Below are positions 48,605 through 58,328 of a DNA stretch of 64,000 nt, one piece after another; position 1 is the first letter of the stretch, and every line of letters starts with the position of its first letter. A program made the translations under genes and the position numbers. Source of the DNA: an uncultured Gemmatimonadaceae bacterium. Its GTDB lineage: Bacteria; Gemmatimonadota; Gemmatimonadetes; Gemmatimonadales; Gemmatimonadaceae. The stretch lies in NCBI GenBank assembly GCA_963740355.1, contig CAVUDW010000003.1, forward strand, positions 2,432,001 to 2,496,000, given 5' to 3'. Below the pieces are notes generated by a model. That model saw only the letters and a list, made by a program, of their open reading frames with translations, had not been told where the DNA came from and did no database searches.

Positions 48605-50044
48605 TCAGCAGCCCGGTCCCTTCAGCGTCGCATCCAGCGGTGCCCGGAACAGGCACTCGGCCTGCGGAACCGGCTGCACCTTGATGCGGAAGTGACCCGC
48701 GACGTCGAGCGGCAGGGTGTTGAGGCGACCGTACTTGCGCACGTCCACCCAGCGACTGCCTTCCCACAGCAACGAGTAGCGCTTCTCGTAGAGCAACGCC
48801 GTCAATGCGGCGTTGGCATCGACGAACGGAGCCAGCGGCAACAGTCCGCCGCTGTTCACACGGACGTAGTTGATGTCCGTGAGTGCCGCGCCAAGGTTGC
48901 CGAGACCGATGTTTGCTTCCGCGCGCAGAAGGATCAGTTCTTCGTTGCGGATGATCGGCAGCGGCGTGACGTTGGTCGGATACATCTTGAAGCCGACCGT
49001 CGTCGGGATACCAGCCGTCGCGCCACCCGGCGGTGACTTCGCCGGAATGGTCTGTGTCTTCGCATCAACACGCAGGTCGCGGGTCAGCCCGTTCGACTGG
49101 GCGTCAGCCACGATCGACGGATGTGCCACCTGGTCAGGTGAGACCGGGTTGCTCAAGCCGTTCAATGCATCGCCGGCAGCCGATGAGAACACATGGTACG
49201 CACCGGCTCGCAGATCGGCGCCAGCGGCCGAGTTCAGGAAGCTCGCGTTCAGGGCGGCCAGCGCCTCCGTGAAGCGCGTGGTTCCACCACCGAGGACACC
49301 GTAGTTGATCAGGTATCGTGCGGCGATCGCCCGGTTGAACTTGAGGAAGTTCGCCGGCGTGTTGAGCCCAGCGAATCCTGTCGTCAACGTGAACGGGAAC
49401 GCCGTGCCACCCGCAGCCAGGTCTGCTGCAGCGGAGTTGATCAGGGCGATTCCATACTTGAATGCAGAATCGCGGCTGACGAACGGCTGCGCCGTGTTGA
49501 GGGTGTCATCGATTTCAACCGGGATGCCCACCGAGTCACGCGACGACAACAGGTAGAACACCTGCATCGCCCGGAACGTGTTGGCGAACCCGCGCGAGGC
49601 GCTCTTCTGCTCGGCGGTGAGGAAGCCCGCACCCTGCGTGATCTTGATGAAGTTGATCGCGTTTCGCATGTTCACGAAACGGCCCGTCCAGCCGCCGGCG
49701 GCGAAGCCGGCGTTGTCGATCTGGGCTGCCGCCAGGTAGTTGGACGTCGAGCGTCCGTCCGTCTGGAAGTAGTTGTACGACTCGCGACCGAAGATGCCGG
49801 CATCACTGTAGAAGCCGGGCAGGTTTGCACGCTCCTGGATCAGGATGCCGCTCGCCAGGTTCTGGACCAGTGCCAGGTCAGGCGTGGTCGTGGTCGCGAC
49901 CGAGTTGTAGTTCGGAACGTTCAGCGCATCGGCGTTGCACCCTGCAAGCAGGACAACTGCAACGGCCGCAGCGACAGAGTGGCGAATCATGCCGTCACCG
50001 AGTCGGAAGGTTGAGCGCAGCGAGGCTGCGAATTGGTTTGTCAT
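48605..50044 (-). CDS. SusD/RagB family lipoprotein (copy 2)
   Basis: Near-identical paralog of 43555-44997. Confidence 0.9.
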   Translation of the reverse strand: MTNQFAASLRSTFRLGDGMIRHSVAAAVAVVLLAGCNADALNVPNYNSVATTTTPDLALVQNLASGILIQERANLPGFYSDAGIFGRESYNYFQTDGRSTSNYLAAAQIDNAGFAAGGWTGRFVNMRNAINFIKITQGAGFLTAEQKSASRGFANTFRAMQVFYLLSSRDSVGIPVEIDDTLNTAQPFVSRDSAFKYGIALINSAAADLAAGGTAFPFTLTTGFAGLNTPANFLKFNRAIAARYLINYGVLGGGTTRFTEALAALNASFLNSAAGADLRAGAYHVFSSAAGDALNGLSNPVSPDQVAHPSIVADAQSNGLTRDLRVDAKTQTIPAKSPPGGATAGIPTTVGFKMYPTNVTPLPIIRNEELILLRAEANIGLGNLGAALTDINYVRVNSGGLLPLAPFVDANAALTALLYEKRYSLLWEGSRWVDVRKYGRLNTLPLDVAGHFRIKVQPVPQAECLFRAPLDATLKGPGC

Positions 50045-50047
50045 GGC

Positions 50048-53000
50048 TTAGAACCCGAAGTCCACGCCGAACGAGAAGTTCTTCGTCGGGGGGAACGGAG
50101 CCAGATCGACGAAACGACCGACGTTGTTGCTGCCGAAGTTGTTCACTTCGGGATCGGCGCCCCAGTACTTGGTCCAGGTGTGCAGGTTACGACCGGTCAG
50201 GTTCAGGCGCACATCGCTGAAGCGCGTACCGAGGTAGCGCTGCGTGAACTTCGCCGGCACGGCGTAGGTCAGCGACACTTCGCGGAGCTTCACGAAGCTG
50301 CCATCCTGCACGTAGGACGTCGCATTGCGACCGCCATTCCACAAGTCGTAGCGGTACTCACCGAGGATCGCGGTCGCCGACGTGTCGACGTAGCTGATCA
50401 GGTTCGTGCCATTGCTCTTGCGGCACATGATCATCGTGCTCGAGCCATTGCGGCACGGCGACGGCGCATCGTAGTCGCGCGAGTTTTGTCCTTCGTCAAA
50501 CAGGTTGTTCGACAGGTTCGACAGGTCACCGCCCTTGCGCCAGTCGAGCTGGATGCCGAGCGAGAAGCGACCGACCGTGAAGTTGTTCGAGAAGAACATT
50601 TCATGGTCTGGCGTCGCATCGCCGACGATCGTGTCGCGCGTGATGACCGAATCCGGCAGGCCAGTGCGCGCGATGAAGATCGGCTTGTTGCCCCAGATCG
50701 CCGTGGTGCTCACACCCTGCGCGATACGAGCGCGACCGAAGGCAGCACCGAAGCCAGTGCTGGCCGCGTTGAACGGCGCGATCGGGAGGCTCTCGACCTT
50801 ATTGCGAATGCGCTGGAACGAGGTGCGCGACACCCAGCTGAAGCCCTTTGCACGGATCGGCTCGATCGTCAGCGCGACTTCAGTGCCCTTGTTCCGCAAT
50901 GAACCACCATTGAAGAACTCCGTCGAAATGCCGCTCGAGAGTGCCAACGGGCGCTGCAGGAACTGGTCGACGATCTTGGCATCGAAGTAGGTGAACTCGA
51001 CACCGACGCGACCGTTGAAGCCGCGGGCATCGAAGCCATACTCGGTTTCCTTCTTCCGCTCAGGGAAGATGTTCGGATTGCCGAGCGAGCCGTTGACGCC
51101 AAGGCCGTTGCCACCGTTGATGAGGCCCGTACCGGAGAGCGTGATGAAACGCGCGCCGTACGTCGGACGGTTGCCTGTCTCACCCCACGAGGCGCGGAGC
51201 TTGAATTCATCGAGGTGCGGCAGCGCATTCACGAAGCGATACGAACCCTGCACGGCCGGGTAGGTATAGAACTTCTTGAAGTCGCCGTTGTCGCTCGAGC
51301 GGTCACCGCGAAGGCTACCTGACAGGTAGAGCTTTTCGTCGAAGGCCAGGATCGACTGCTGCACGTACCAGGCCTGGTCGATTTCCTTCTGCTTCGCCTG
51401 GATCGTGGCCTGCGTGCCCTGGTTCACGTTCGTGATGCCCGGGATCAGGCCGCGGGCCTGCACACGATACTGATTCAGGCGCTGCTGCTCTTCCGTGATA
51501 CCAGCAACGGTGCTGAGCGAGAACGGCATGTTCGACGGCGTGAAGTCATACGAGAGGCTCAGGCGCTGGTTCAACTGGCGGCTGATTGCGTTCGACTGCA
51601 CGGCCGTGCCGAGCAAGCCATCGTTCCCTTCGTACTGCAGGAAGTTCGGGCTGTAGATCTGGTTGTCCTGGTCGAACTGGTCGACACCCGCCAGGTATTC
51701 GAACCGGAGGCGATTGGCTGCCGACTGGATCGCCTGGTACGACAGCGAGCCGCTGCCGATGAAGCGGTTCACGTCTTCCGTGTTCTTGATGTACGTGTAT
51801 GTCGCGAACGGGTTGGAACCGGTGATGCCACCACCACCCGCGTACGGATTGACCGGGAAGTTCCCCTGGGCATCGCGCGTGCGCTGGTCGAAGAAGCTCG
51901 GCGTGTAGCCGAAGTTGTAGCCAGGGCTGGTGTTCGAGTTGTCGTTGTTCGAGATGGCGCGATTCGCGTTGTTGCGCGTGATGCCAAGATCGAGCTTCGC
52001 CGACAACCGGCTCGACACATTGTGGTCGATGTTGATGCGGGCATTATCGCGAAGTGCGTTGGTGTTGATCGCGATACCACCTTCCAACTGACGACCCACC
52101 GACGCCAGGTAGCGCGTGCCACCATCGGCCGTGCCACCGCTCACCGAGAGTGCGGTGTTGTAGCCGAAGCCCTTCTCACCGAACAGCTGGGCCGAGAAGT
52201 CGTTGTACGGAATCGTGTTGCCATTGGCCGCGTAGATCTGACGGAAGACCGCCTCACCATTCGGGCCACCGAACAAACCGGCAGCAGAGATCGCCGCGGT
52301 GGTGTCCTGGAAGCGACGCTGGCCGACCGTGCGCAGCGCGGTCGACTGGCCGACACGCTGGCTGAACGACCACTTCGGCGCACCGGCCTTGCCGCGCTTG
52401 GTGGTGATCAGGATCACGCCATTGGTGGCGCGTGAACCGTACAGCGAGGCCGCCGCGGCGCCCTTCAGCACCTGGATGTCCTCGATTTCCGACGGGTTCA
52501 TGTCCGCGAGGCGGTTCGTCGGGTTGTCCTGGTTGGTGGCGATACCGCCGCCGGCACCCGTGATCGAGTTGGCACCGCTGGCGATCGACGTATTCGACAT
52601 GATGACGCCGTCGATGACGAACAACGGCTGGCCGTTACCGAGGATCGAGGTCACGCCGCGAATCTGGATCTGACCACCGCCGCCTGGGGCGCCGGAGTTC
52701 AGGTTGATGCGCGCGCCAACCACCTTGCCCTGCAGGGCCTGGTCGAGTGAGTTCGACGGCACCGCCGCCAACGCTTCACCGCCGACCGAGACCACGGCCG
52801 TGGCCGCATTCTTCCGTTCCAGCGTACCCTGCTGGCCCGTCACCACGATGCCTTCCAGCTGCAACACGTCCTTCTTCAGCGAGACGTCCACCGACGAACC
52901 GCCCGCGGGTACGAGGACGGTCTTCAGGGTGTAGCCGATGCGACGGACACGCAACGAGACAGCGCCGTTCGGCACCATCAGCGAGAACGTGCCGGCATCG

Positions 53001-53170
53001 TTCGTGTAGGCACCAGTCGTGGTACCGACCAGCTGCACACTCACATTGCTGAGCGGTGCGCCGCTCCCTTCTTCTGTAACCTTGCCGCTGATGCGCCGTT
53101 GCGCGAGCAGCTCGCCTGCCGCTAGCGCCAACAGCGCCAGTACGGTGGCTCCCCGACGGATGAGACTCAC
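50048..53170 (-). CDS. SusC/RagA TonB-linked outer membrane protein (copy 2)
   Basis: Near-identical paralog of 45001-48123; GTG start with GGAGA SD. Confidence 0.95.
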   Translation of the reverse strand: MSLIRRGATVLALLALAAGELLAQRRISGKVTEEGSGAPLSNVSVQLVGTTTGAYTNDAGTFSLMVPNGAVSLRVRRIGYTLKTVLVPAGGSSVDVSLKKDVLQLEGIVVTGQQGTLERKNAATAVVSVGGEALAAVPSNSLDQALQGKVVGARINLNSGAPGGGGQIQIRGVTSILGNGQPLFVIDGVIMSNTSIASGANSITGAGGGIATNQDNPTNRLADMNPSEIEDIQVLKGAAAASLYGSRATNGVILITTKRGKAGAPKWSFSQRVGQSTALRTVGQRRFQDTTAAISAAGLFGGPNGEAVFRQIYAANGNTIPYNDFSAQLFGEKGFGYNTALSVSGGTADGGTRYLASVGRQLEGGIAINTNALRDNARINIDHNVSSRLSAKLDLGITRNNANRAISNNDNSNTSPGYNFGYTPSFFDQRTRDAQGNFPVNPYAGGGGITGSNPFATYTYIKNTEDVNRFIGSGSLSYQAIQSAANRLRFEYLAGVDQFDQDNQIYSPNFLQYEGNDGLLGTAVQSNAISRQLNQRLSLSYDFTPSNMPFSLSTVAGITEEQQRLNQYRVQARGLIPGITNVNQGTQATIQAKQKEIDQAWYVQQSILAFDEKLYLSGSLRGDRSSDNGDFKKFYTYPAVQGSYRFVNALPHLDEFKLRASWGETGNRPTYGARFITLSGTGLINGGNGLGVNGSLGNPNIFPERKKETEYGFDARGFNGRVGVEFTYFDAKIVDQFLQRPLALSSGISTEFFNGGSLRNKGTEVALTIEPIRAKGFSWVSRTSFQRIRNKVESLPIAPFNAASTGFGAAFGRARIAQGVSTTAIWGNKPIFIARTGLPDSVITRDTIVGDATPDHEMFFSNNFTVGRFSLGIQLDWRKGGDLSNLSNNLFDEGQNSRDYDAPSPCRNGSSTMIMCRKSNGTNLISYVDTSATAILGEYRYDLWNGGRNATSYVQDGSFVKLREVSLTYAVPAKFTQRYLGTRFSDVRLNLTGRNLHTWTKYWGADPEVNNFGSNNVGRFVDLAPFPPTKNFSFGVDFGF

Positions 53171-53256
53171 AGACTATTCTCCGGAGTTAGTGACACTTTC
53201 AACCAAACACACATGTCGACGCCAATCGACGTCGCTCGAGTGGTGCTGGCCGACAC

Positions 53257-53298
53257 AGATTCGTTGCCGTGTACTCGCGTGTCAACGAGAGCGTTGAC
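53257..53298 (-). promoter_or_regulatory. Candidate promoter of susC copy 2 with palindrome
   Basis: TTGACA-17bp-GAATCT; GTCAACG-AGAG-CGTTGAC overlapping the -35. Confidence 0.55.
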
Positions 53299-53631
53299 CA
53301 AAAAACCGAGCGATCAGGCCGCACATCGTAACGAGTGCTGATACATCGCTGATATATTTTCGCCTCAGCAATTCTGGCATATCAGCGAATGTGCTGTAGA
53401 CAATGCTGATGTATCAAAGGTCTGCCAAAATCGCGCAGAAATATCAGGTGCGGACGCAACAGTTTTCTTGCTGGTGATGTGTCAGGAACAACACGCGCCA
53501 CCCGCGAATTCCGGATAGCGGCCCGTGCCGTGCGCCACCTCGCTGATCATCACGCACTCCGCGGTGACTGTCGCGCCACCCGCCGAGCTTCGTCGCCACG
53601 CATCGCACCGCCGCATCGCGCGCAACGGCGA

Positions 53632-54156
53632 TCAACCGCGCAGCGTGACCTCGCACAACAGCGTCGCCGGCTGCGGCTCGCGTGTCGCATACGCCTGGAT
53701 CCGATCGATGCGAATCGGTGCCCGCACCCGAAAGCGACGCGCCGACTGCCACGCCTCGTCCGTCATCGTGCGAAAGAAGTGCACCGTGCAATGCGGCGTG
53801 AACGCGAACTTCGGGGCCGCGAATGGCAGGCCACAGGTTGCGATCCTGTCGTGCAACCAGCGCACCGAGCCATGCACCGGAAGCGGCAACATGATGATGT
53901 TCGTGGCGGGGAATCGCTCTGGCGCACCGAAGACGAAGTCCAGTGGTGCCACCGCATCGCCCACGCGAGTCAGCGCCTCGGTCAATTCCGCGACAGGCGT
54001 GCCAAGTGGCAGCGTGCCCACACCACTCGACCCGGCCAGCGTGACATGCGGCCGAAACAACGCCGCGAACTTCGGATCGAGCTTGCGCTGCAACGCCGCG
54101 ATCCGATCCGCCTCAGGCCCGAACAGGTCTGCGACGATGAAGATCCCGTCAGCCAT
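53632..54156 (-). CDS. 2H phosphoesterase (2'-5' RNA ligase superfamily)
   Basis: Two HxT motifs: PHVTL and PHCTV. Confidence 0.85.
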   Translation of the reverse strand: MADGIFIVADLFGPEADRIAALQRKLDPKFAALFRPHVTLAGSSGVGTLPLGTPVAELTEALTRVGDAVAPLDFVFGAPERFPATNIIMLPLPVHGSVRWLHDRIATCGLPFAAPKFAFTPHCTVHFFRTMTDEAWQSARRFRVRAPIRIDRIQAYATREPQPATLLCEVTLRG

Positions 54157-54165
54157 CGCGCGGGC

Positions 54166-54987
54166 TCACTGCTTCAGAAATGTGCGATCGATCCGGCTGT
54201 TCGGGTGCGCATCATGCCAGCGGCGCACCACCACGGCGCTCAGCATGCCGACGGCCGCACCGCTCACCACGTCGGACATCCAGTGTTGTCGATCACGCAC
54301 ACGACTCGCCCCGGTCAGCGCGGCCAGCGAGTACACCAACGGCGGACCCACCGTCTTCCAGCCACTCATCCCTTGCCGACGCCACTCGGCCGCCAGCGAC
54401 ACAGCCGCCGCGGCCGACAGCGCCGTGTGCCCGCTGGCGAAACTCCGCGTGCTGTCGCTGCGGAATCCGCCGAACAGATCCCAGTGCGTCGGGCTGTGAT
54501 CGGCAGTGGCGAATGGACGCGTGCGGCCTGCGATCATCTTGATGGCCGAGATGGTGACGCCGCTGAGGATCACCGACTCGGTGGTGCGCAGTCCGAGGAC
54601 CGCAGTGCCTGAGTCACCGCGCACACGTCCCAGCAGCCACGTCGCTGGCCCAATCGCGACCGAGACCTTGCTGCCCATCACATCGCCGACATCCGAGAAG
54701 TGGCGCAGGGTGGCATCGCCGCTCACGCCTGGACGTCGCGCCCAGGCATCGCCGCGCCGATCGGCGGTGGCGACGATCAGGGCCAGTGCCGCCATGCCCC
54801 CCAGCTTCACGCCATCGGTGCGGCGAAGTCCGAGTGTGGCGTAGTGATACGTCGCACCGACGGGCGCGACCGCGGCGCCAAGCGGCTGCGCCATCACGCG
54901 TGTCCCCGTCACACCGCTCAACATGGCGACCAGGCCGAATCCCGCGGTCAGTGGTCGAGCCGCCGTGCGAGCGCATCGCAGCATCAT
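54166..54987 (-). CDS. PAP2-family phosphatase
   Basis: KMIAGRTRP, SFASGH and SRVRDRQHWMSDV; ATGA overlap with the SET gene stop. Confidence 0.88.
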   Translation of the reverse strand: MMLRCARTAARPLTAGFGLVAMLSGVTGTRVMAQPLGAAVAPVGATYHYATLGLRRTDGVKLGGMAALALIVATADRRGDAWARRPGVSGDATLRHFSDVGDVMGSKVSVAIGPATWLLGRVRGDSGTAVLGLRTTESVILSGVTISAIKMIAGRTRPFATADHSPTHWDLFGGFRSDSTRSFASGHTALSAAAAVSLAAEWRRQGMSGWKTVGPPLVYSLAALTGASRVRDRQHWMSDVVSGAAVGMLSAVVVRRWHDAHPNSRIDRTFLKQ

Positions 54988-55802
54988 TTCTGGCCCTTCT
55001 TCCCCTGTGTACCGGCCTTCTTCGCGGCCCCCTTTTTCGCCCCGCCTTTCTTCGCCGCACCCTTCTTTGCGGCACCCTTCTTCGCTGACCCCTTCTCGGC
55101 GTGCTTCTTCGCGGCCTTCTTGGCAGCTTTTTTGTCCGCCTTTTTGGCCGAGTGCTTCGCGGCGTGCGCGGCTGGCAAATCGGTGTGGGTGTCTGCGTCC
55201 TGCTTCCGCGACGCTTCCTTTTCCTGCTGCTTCTCTTCGTCGCGATTCGCCTTGCCGTCCAGCTTTTCCTGCTTCGACTTCTTGTCCTTCTTGTTCTTCT
55301 TGTCCTTCTTCTTCTTGTCCTTCTTCGTCTCCTTCAGCGGCGCCATGATCGTGCCGCGACACTTCGGCGACCCGCAGCGACAGACGTACAGCTTGAGATC
55401 CGCCTCAGTGTGCTCCGGCGTCCGCTCGTAGGCGTAGTCGTAGAGCAATTCGGTGCCTTCCTCGATCGTCTTCAGCGCACCGATGAACACGCGGCCGTCT
55501 TCCTCCTCGACCGCTTCGCAATTCGGGTCGCAGGAGTGATTGATGTACTTCGCCGGCCAGTCGATCGGCCCTGCATCCAGCACTCGCGAACCATCGCCGA
55601 TCGAGAACAGGAAGGTGTGATGCCGCCCCATCTCGTCGTCCGGATACCGGATGTCGGATTCCGCCTCGTCAATGCACTCACCGAGATATTCGATGATACG
55701 TGCACCCTTTTTGATACGACGAGTGGCGAAGGCACCCTTACCTTGGATCTTGGAGGTCCGGATGGCGAAGGCGAGCTTGCGAGTTCCTGCGAAGTGAGCC
55801 AC
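54984..55802 (-). CDS. SET-domain lysine methyltransferase with post-SET and Lys/Ala-rich histone-H1-like tail
   Basis: GKGAFA, EYLGE, YINHSCDPNC, ELLYDY, CRCGSPKCRG; then ~118 aa with KKAAKK/KKGAA repeats. Confidence 0.9.
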   Translation of the reverse strand: MAHFAGTRKLAFAIRTSKIQGKGAFATRRIKKGARIIEYLGECIDEAESDIRYPDDEMGRHHTFLFSIGDGSRVLDAGPIDWPAKYINHSCDPNCEAVEEEDGRVFIGALKTIEEGTELLYDYAYERTPEHTEADLKLYVCRCGSPKCRGTIMAPLKETKKDKKKKDKKNKKDKKSKQEKLDGKANRDEEKQQEKEASRKQDADTHTDLPAAHAAKHSAKKADKKAAKKAAKKHAEKGSAKKGAAKKGAAKKGGAKKGAAKKAGTQGKKGQK

Positions 55803-56175
55803 GGATGGAAGACTGAAGTGATGACAAAAGTGCAGGCTGGAACAGCGACGATGGCGCGCTGACCGGCGTTGTCGTGGTCTGCGGCGACGTGCGGAGAATA
55901 GTCGCCTTCGCCATGTCGGTCACATGCCGGGCATATGTCCGCCAGCGGGACAGAACTACGAATTCTTGTTTGACAACCGTTTTCTCGCGCGATCCGCCGG
56001 CACCAACCGGTCCCCCAGAGCGCTTGCACCTCGTACGAGCAGCACACGCGAGCAACACACGCTTGCAACACACACGATCACGCAGCGCTACCTCGACATG
56101 CTACGTTCCTAACAGTGCCCGACTTGCGGTAAAGTCGAGCTCGTCAGCGCGACGATGCGCCCCCACGAGTCCCCC

Positions 56176-57186
56176 ATGCGTCTGTTTTCGCTCGACCCTG
56201 CCAGCCCCGATCCGGTCATCATCGCCGACGCCGCGGCACGTCTCCGCGCAGGAGAACTGGTCGCCTTCCCCACCGAGACGGTCTACGGCCTGGGCGCCAA
56301 CGCCCTCGATGCCGACGCGGTCGCCGGCATTTTCTCGGCCAAGGGACGCCCGTCGTACAACCCGGTGATCGTGCATGTGCCGCACACCGAGGCGGCGCGA
56401 CGGGTGGTGACGGAATGGCCGGACGCCGCCGCCAAGCTGGCCGCCGCCTTCTGGCCCGGACCACTCACCATGGTCCTCCCGAAGTCCCCGGATGTGCCAG
56501 ACAGCGTCTCGGCCGGCCTGCCGATGATCGGCGTTCGTGTCCCGGCGCACCCGATCGCCCTCGCGCTCCTCCGCGCCGCCGGTGTGCCGGTCGCCGCACC
56601 CAGCGCCAACAAGAGCAACCAGCTCTCCCCCACCTCCGCCGAACACGTAGCCCGCGGTCTGGCCGATGTCGAAGGCACGCTCCTCGACGGCGGCCCCTGC
56701 GAGGTGGGCATCGAAAGCACGGTGGTCGACCTCAGTACCGATCCGCCCACGCTGCTGCGCCCAGGTGGCCTCTCGGTCGCCGCCATGGAATCGGTGCTGG
56801 GCGTCAGGCTGCAGCGCCAGACCACGGTCGCCACAGGCGAGACTCCGCGCCGCTCACCCGGCGCCCTCGAACGGCATTACGCCCCGCGCGCAAAGGTGCG
56901 CATGGTCCCCGCCGCCGACGCGGTCGCCCTCGCCACCACCATAGACGCGCTCCGCGGCGACGGTGTCATCATCGGCGTGGTGGCCTACTCCGACTACGAC
57001 CTCCCCTTCCGCGAGGATGTCGTGGTCCGCCAGCTCCCAAGCCGCGCCGAACCGTACGCCAGCGTGCTCTTCGCCGCCTTGCACGAGCTGGATGACGTGG
57101 GCGTGACCGCGATCGTGGTCGAAGCGGTGCCGGATCTGCCGATCTGGGACGCCGTGCGCGACCGACTCAAGCGCGCATCGACATAA
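56176..57186 (+). CDS. tsaC: L-threonylcarbamoyladenylate synthase (Sua5 type)
   Basis: VAFPTETVYGLGA, AKGRPSYNP, AAPSAN, GIESTVVD, C-terminal SUA5 domain. Confidence 0.95.
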   Translation: MRLFSLDPASPDPVIIADAAARLRAGELVAFPTETVYGLGANALDADAVAGIFSAKGRPSYNPVIVHVPHTEAARRVVTEWPDAAAKLAAAFWPGPLTMVLPKSPDVPDSVSAGLPMIGVRVPAHPIALALLRAAGVPVAAPSANKSNQLSPTSAEHVARGLADVEGTLLDGGPCEVGIESTVVDLSTDPPTLLRPGGLSVAAMESVLGVRLQRQTTVATGETPRRSPGALERHYAPRAKVRMVPAADAVALATTIDALRGDGVIIGVVAYSDYDLPFREDVVVRQLPSRAEPYASVLFAALHELDDVGVTAIVVEAVPDLPIWDAVRDRLKRAST

Positions 57187-57240
57187 TCGACTCGACCTCC
57201 AGCATGCGGCGCCGGCCTCAGCGCACTTAGTTTGCTCCCC

Positions 57241-58140
57241 ATGCTGCCCATCAATCTCTCTGGCAAGCGCGCGCTGGTCGCCGGCGTCGCTGACGACAAC
57301 GGCTTCGGCTTCGCGATCGCGAAGGCCCTCGCCTCAGCCGGTGCCTCGGTCTGCGTGGCCACCTGGCCCCCCGCGCTCAACATCTTCCTCAACCTGATCG
57401 AACGCGGGAAGATGGACGATTCACGTCGCATGGCGGACGGATCGCTCCTCACCTTCGAGCGCATCTACCCGCTCGACGCGGTCTACGACTCGCTCGACCA
57501 GGCCCCCGAAGAGGTACGCGAGAACAAGCGCTACAAGGAGGTCGGCGACTTCAGCATCGATGGCCTCGTGAAGCGCTTCACCGACGACTTCGGCGAGAAG
57601 CCGATCGACATCCTGGTGCATTCACTCGCCAACGGCCCGGAAGTGAAGAAGCCGCTCCTCGAAGTCTCGCGGAACGGCTACCTCGCTGCTGTCAGCGCCA
57701 GCGCCTACTCGATGGTCAGCATGGTGCAGCGCTTCGGCCCGATCATGCGGGAAGGTGGCTCGTTCAACTCGCTCACCTACATGGCCAGCGAACGCGCGAT
57801 TCCAGGCTATGGCGGCGGCATGTCGAGCTCGAAGGCCGCGCTCGAATCCGACACTCGCCTGCTGGCCTTCGAGGCCGGACGGAAGTGGGGCGTGCGCGTG
57901 AACACGATCTCTGCCGGCCCCCTCGCGTCACGCGCAGCCAGCGCGATCGGCATCATCGAGAAGATGGTCGAGTACTGCGCTGAAAATTCGCCCCTGCCCG
58001 ATGCCTTGACGGCGATGGATGTCGGCAACACCGCGGCCTTCCTCGCCTCCGACCTCGCCAAGGGCATCACCGCCACGACGGTCTACGTCGACAAGGGCTA
58101 TCACTCGATGGGCATGGGCGCCAACGCCACCAAGCGCTGA
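57241..58140 (+). CDS. fabI: Enoyl-ACP reductase, plant/Chlamydia-type
   Basis: [56 protein letters not shown]. Confidence 0.93.
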   Translation: MLPINLSGKRALVAGVADDNGFGFAIAKALASAGASVCVATWPPALNIFLNLIERGKMDDSRRMADGSLLTFERIYPLDAVYDSLDQAPEEVRENKRYKEVGDFSIDGLVKRFTDDFGEKPIDILVHSLANGPEVKKPLLEVSRNGYLAAVSASAYSMVSMVQRFGPIMREGGSFNSLTYMASERAIPGYGGGMSSSKAALESDTRLLAFEAGRKWGVRVNTISAGPLASRAASAIGIIEKMVEYCAENSPLPDALTAMDVGNTAAFLASDLAKGITATTVYVDKGYHSMGMGANATKR

Positions 58141-58328
58141 TGCACCGCATTACCCGACGGTAGAAACGTCGTACGCGCCCGGCCTGGATTCGTCCCGGCC
58201 GGGCGCGCTGCCATCTGCTCCACCGTCCGGCACATCGCCGGGCACCGAACAACGCTCCCGCACGCTTCAACGTATCGTTCGCCTGTGCCAGACCTGGCAC
58301 CATCGAATTTCTCCGCAGCCCCCGTTTC

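Noticed and set aside
54988..55362. Acidic N-terminal extension of PAP2 in the ORF track
   Set aside because: It is the alternate frame of the SET lysine-rich tail; ATG 54987 with ATGA coupling is the better start
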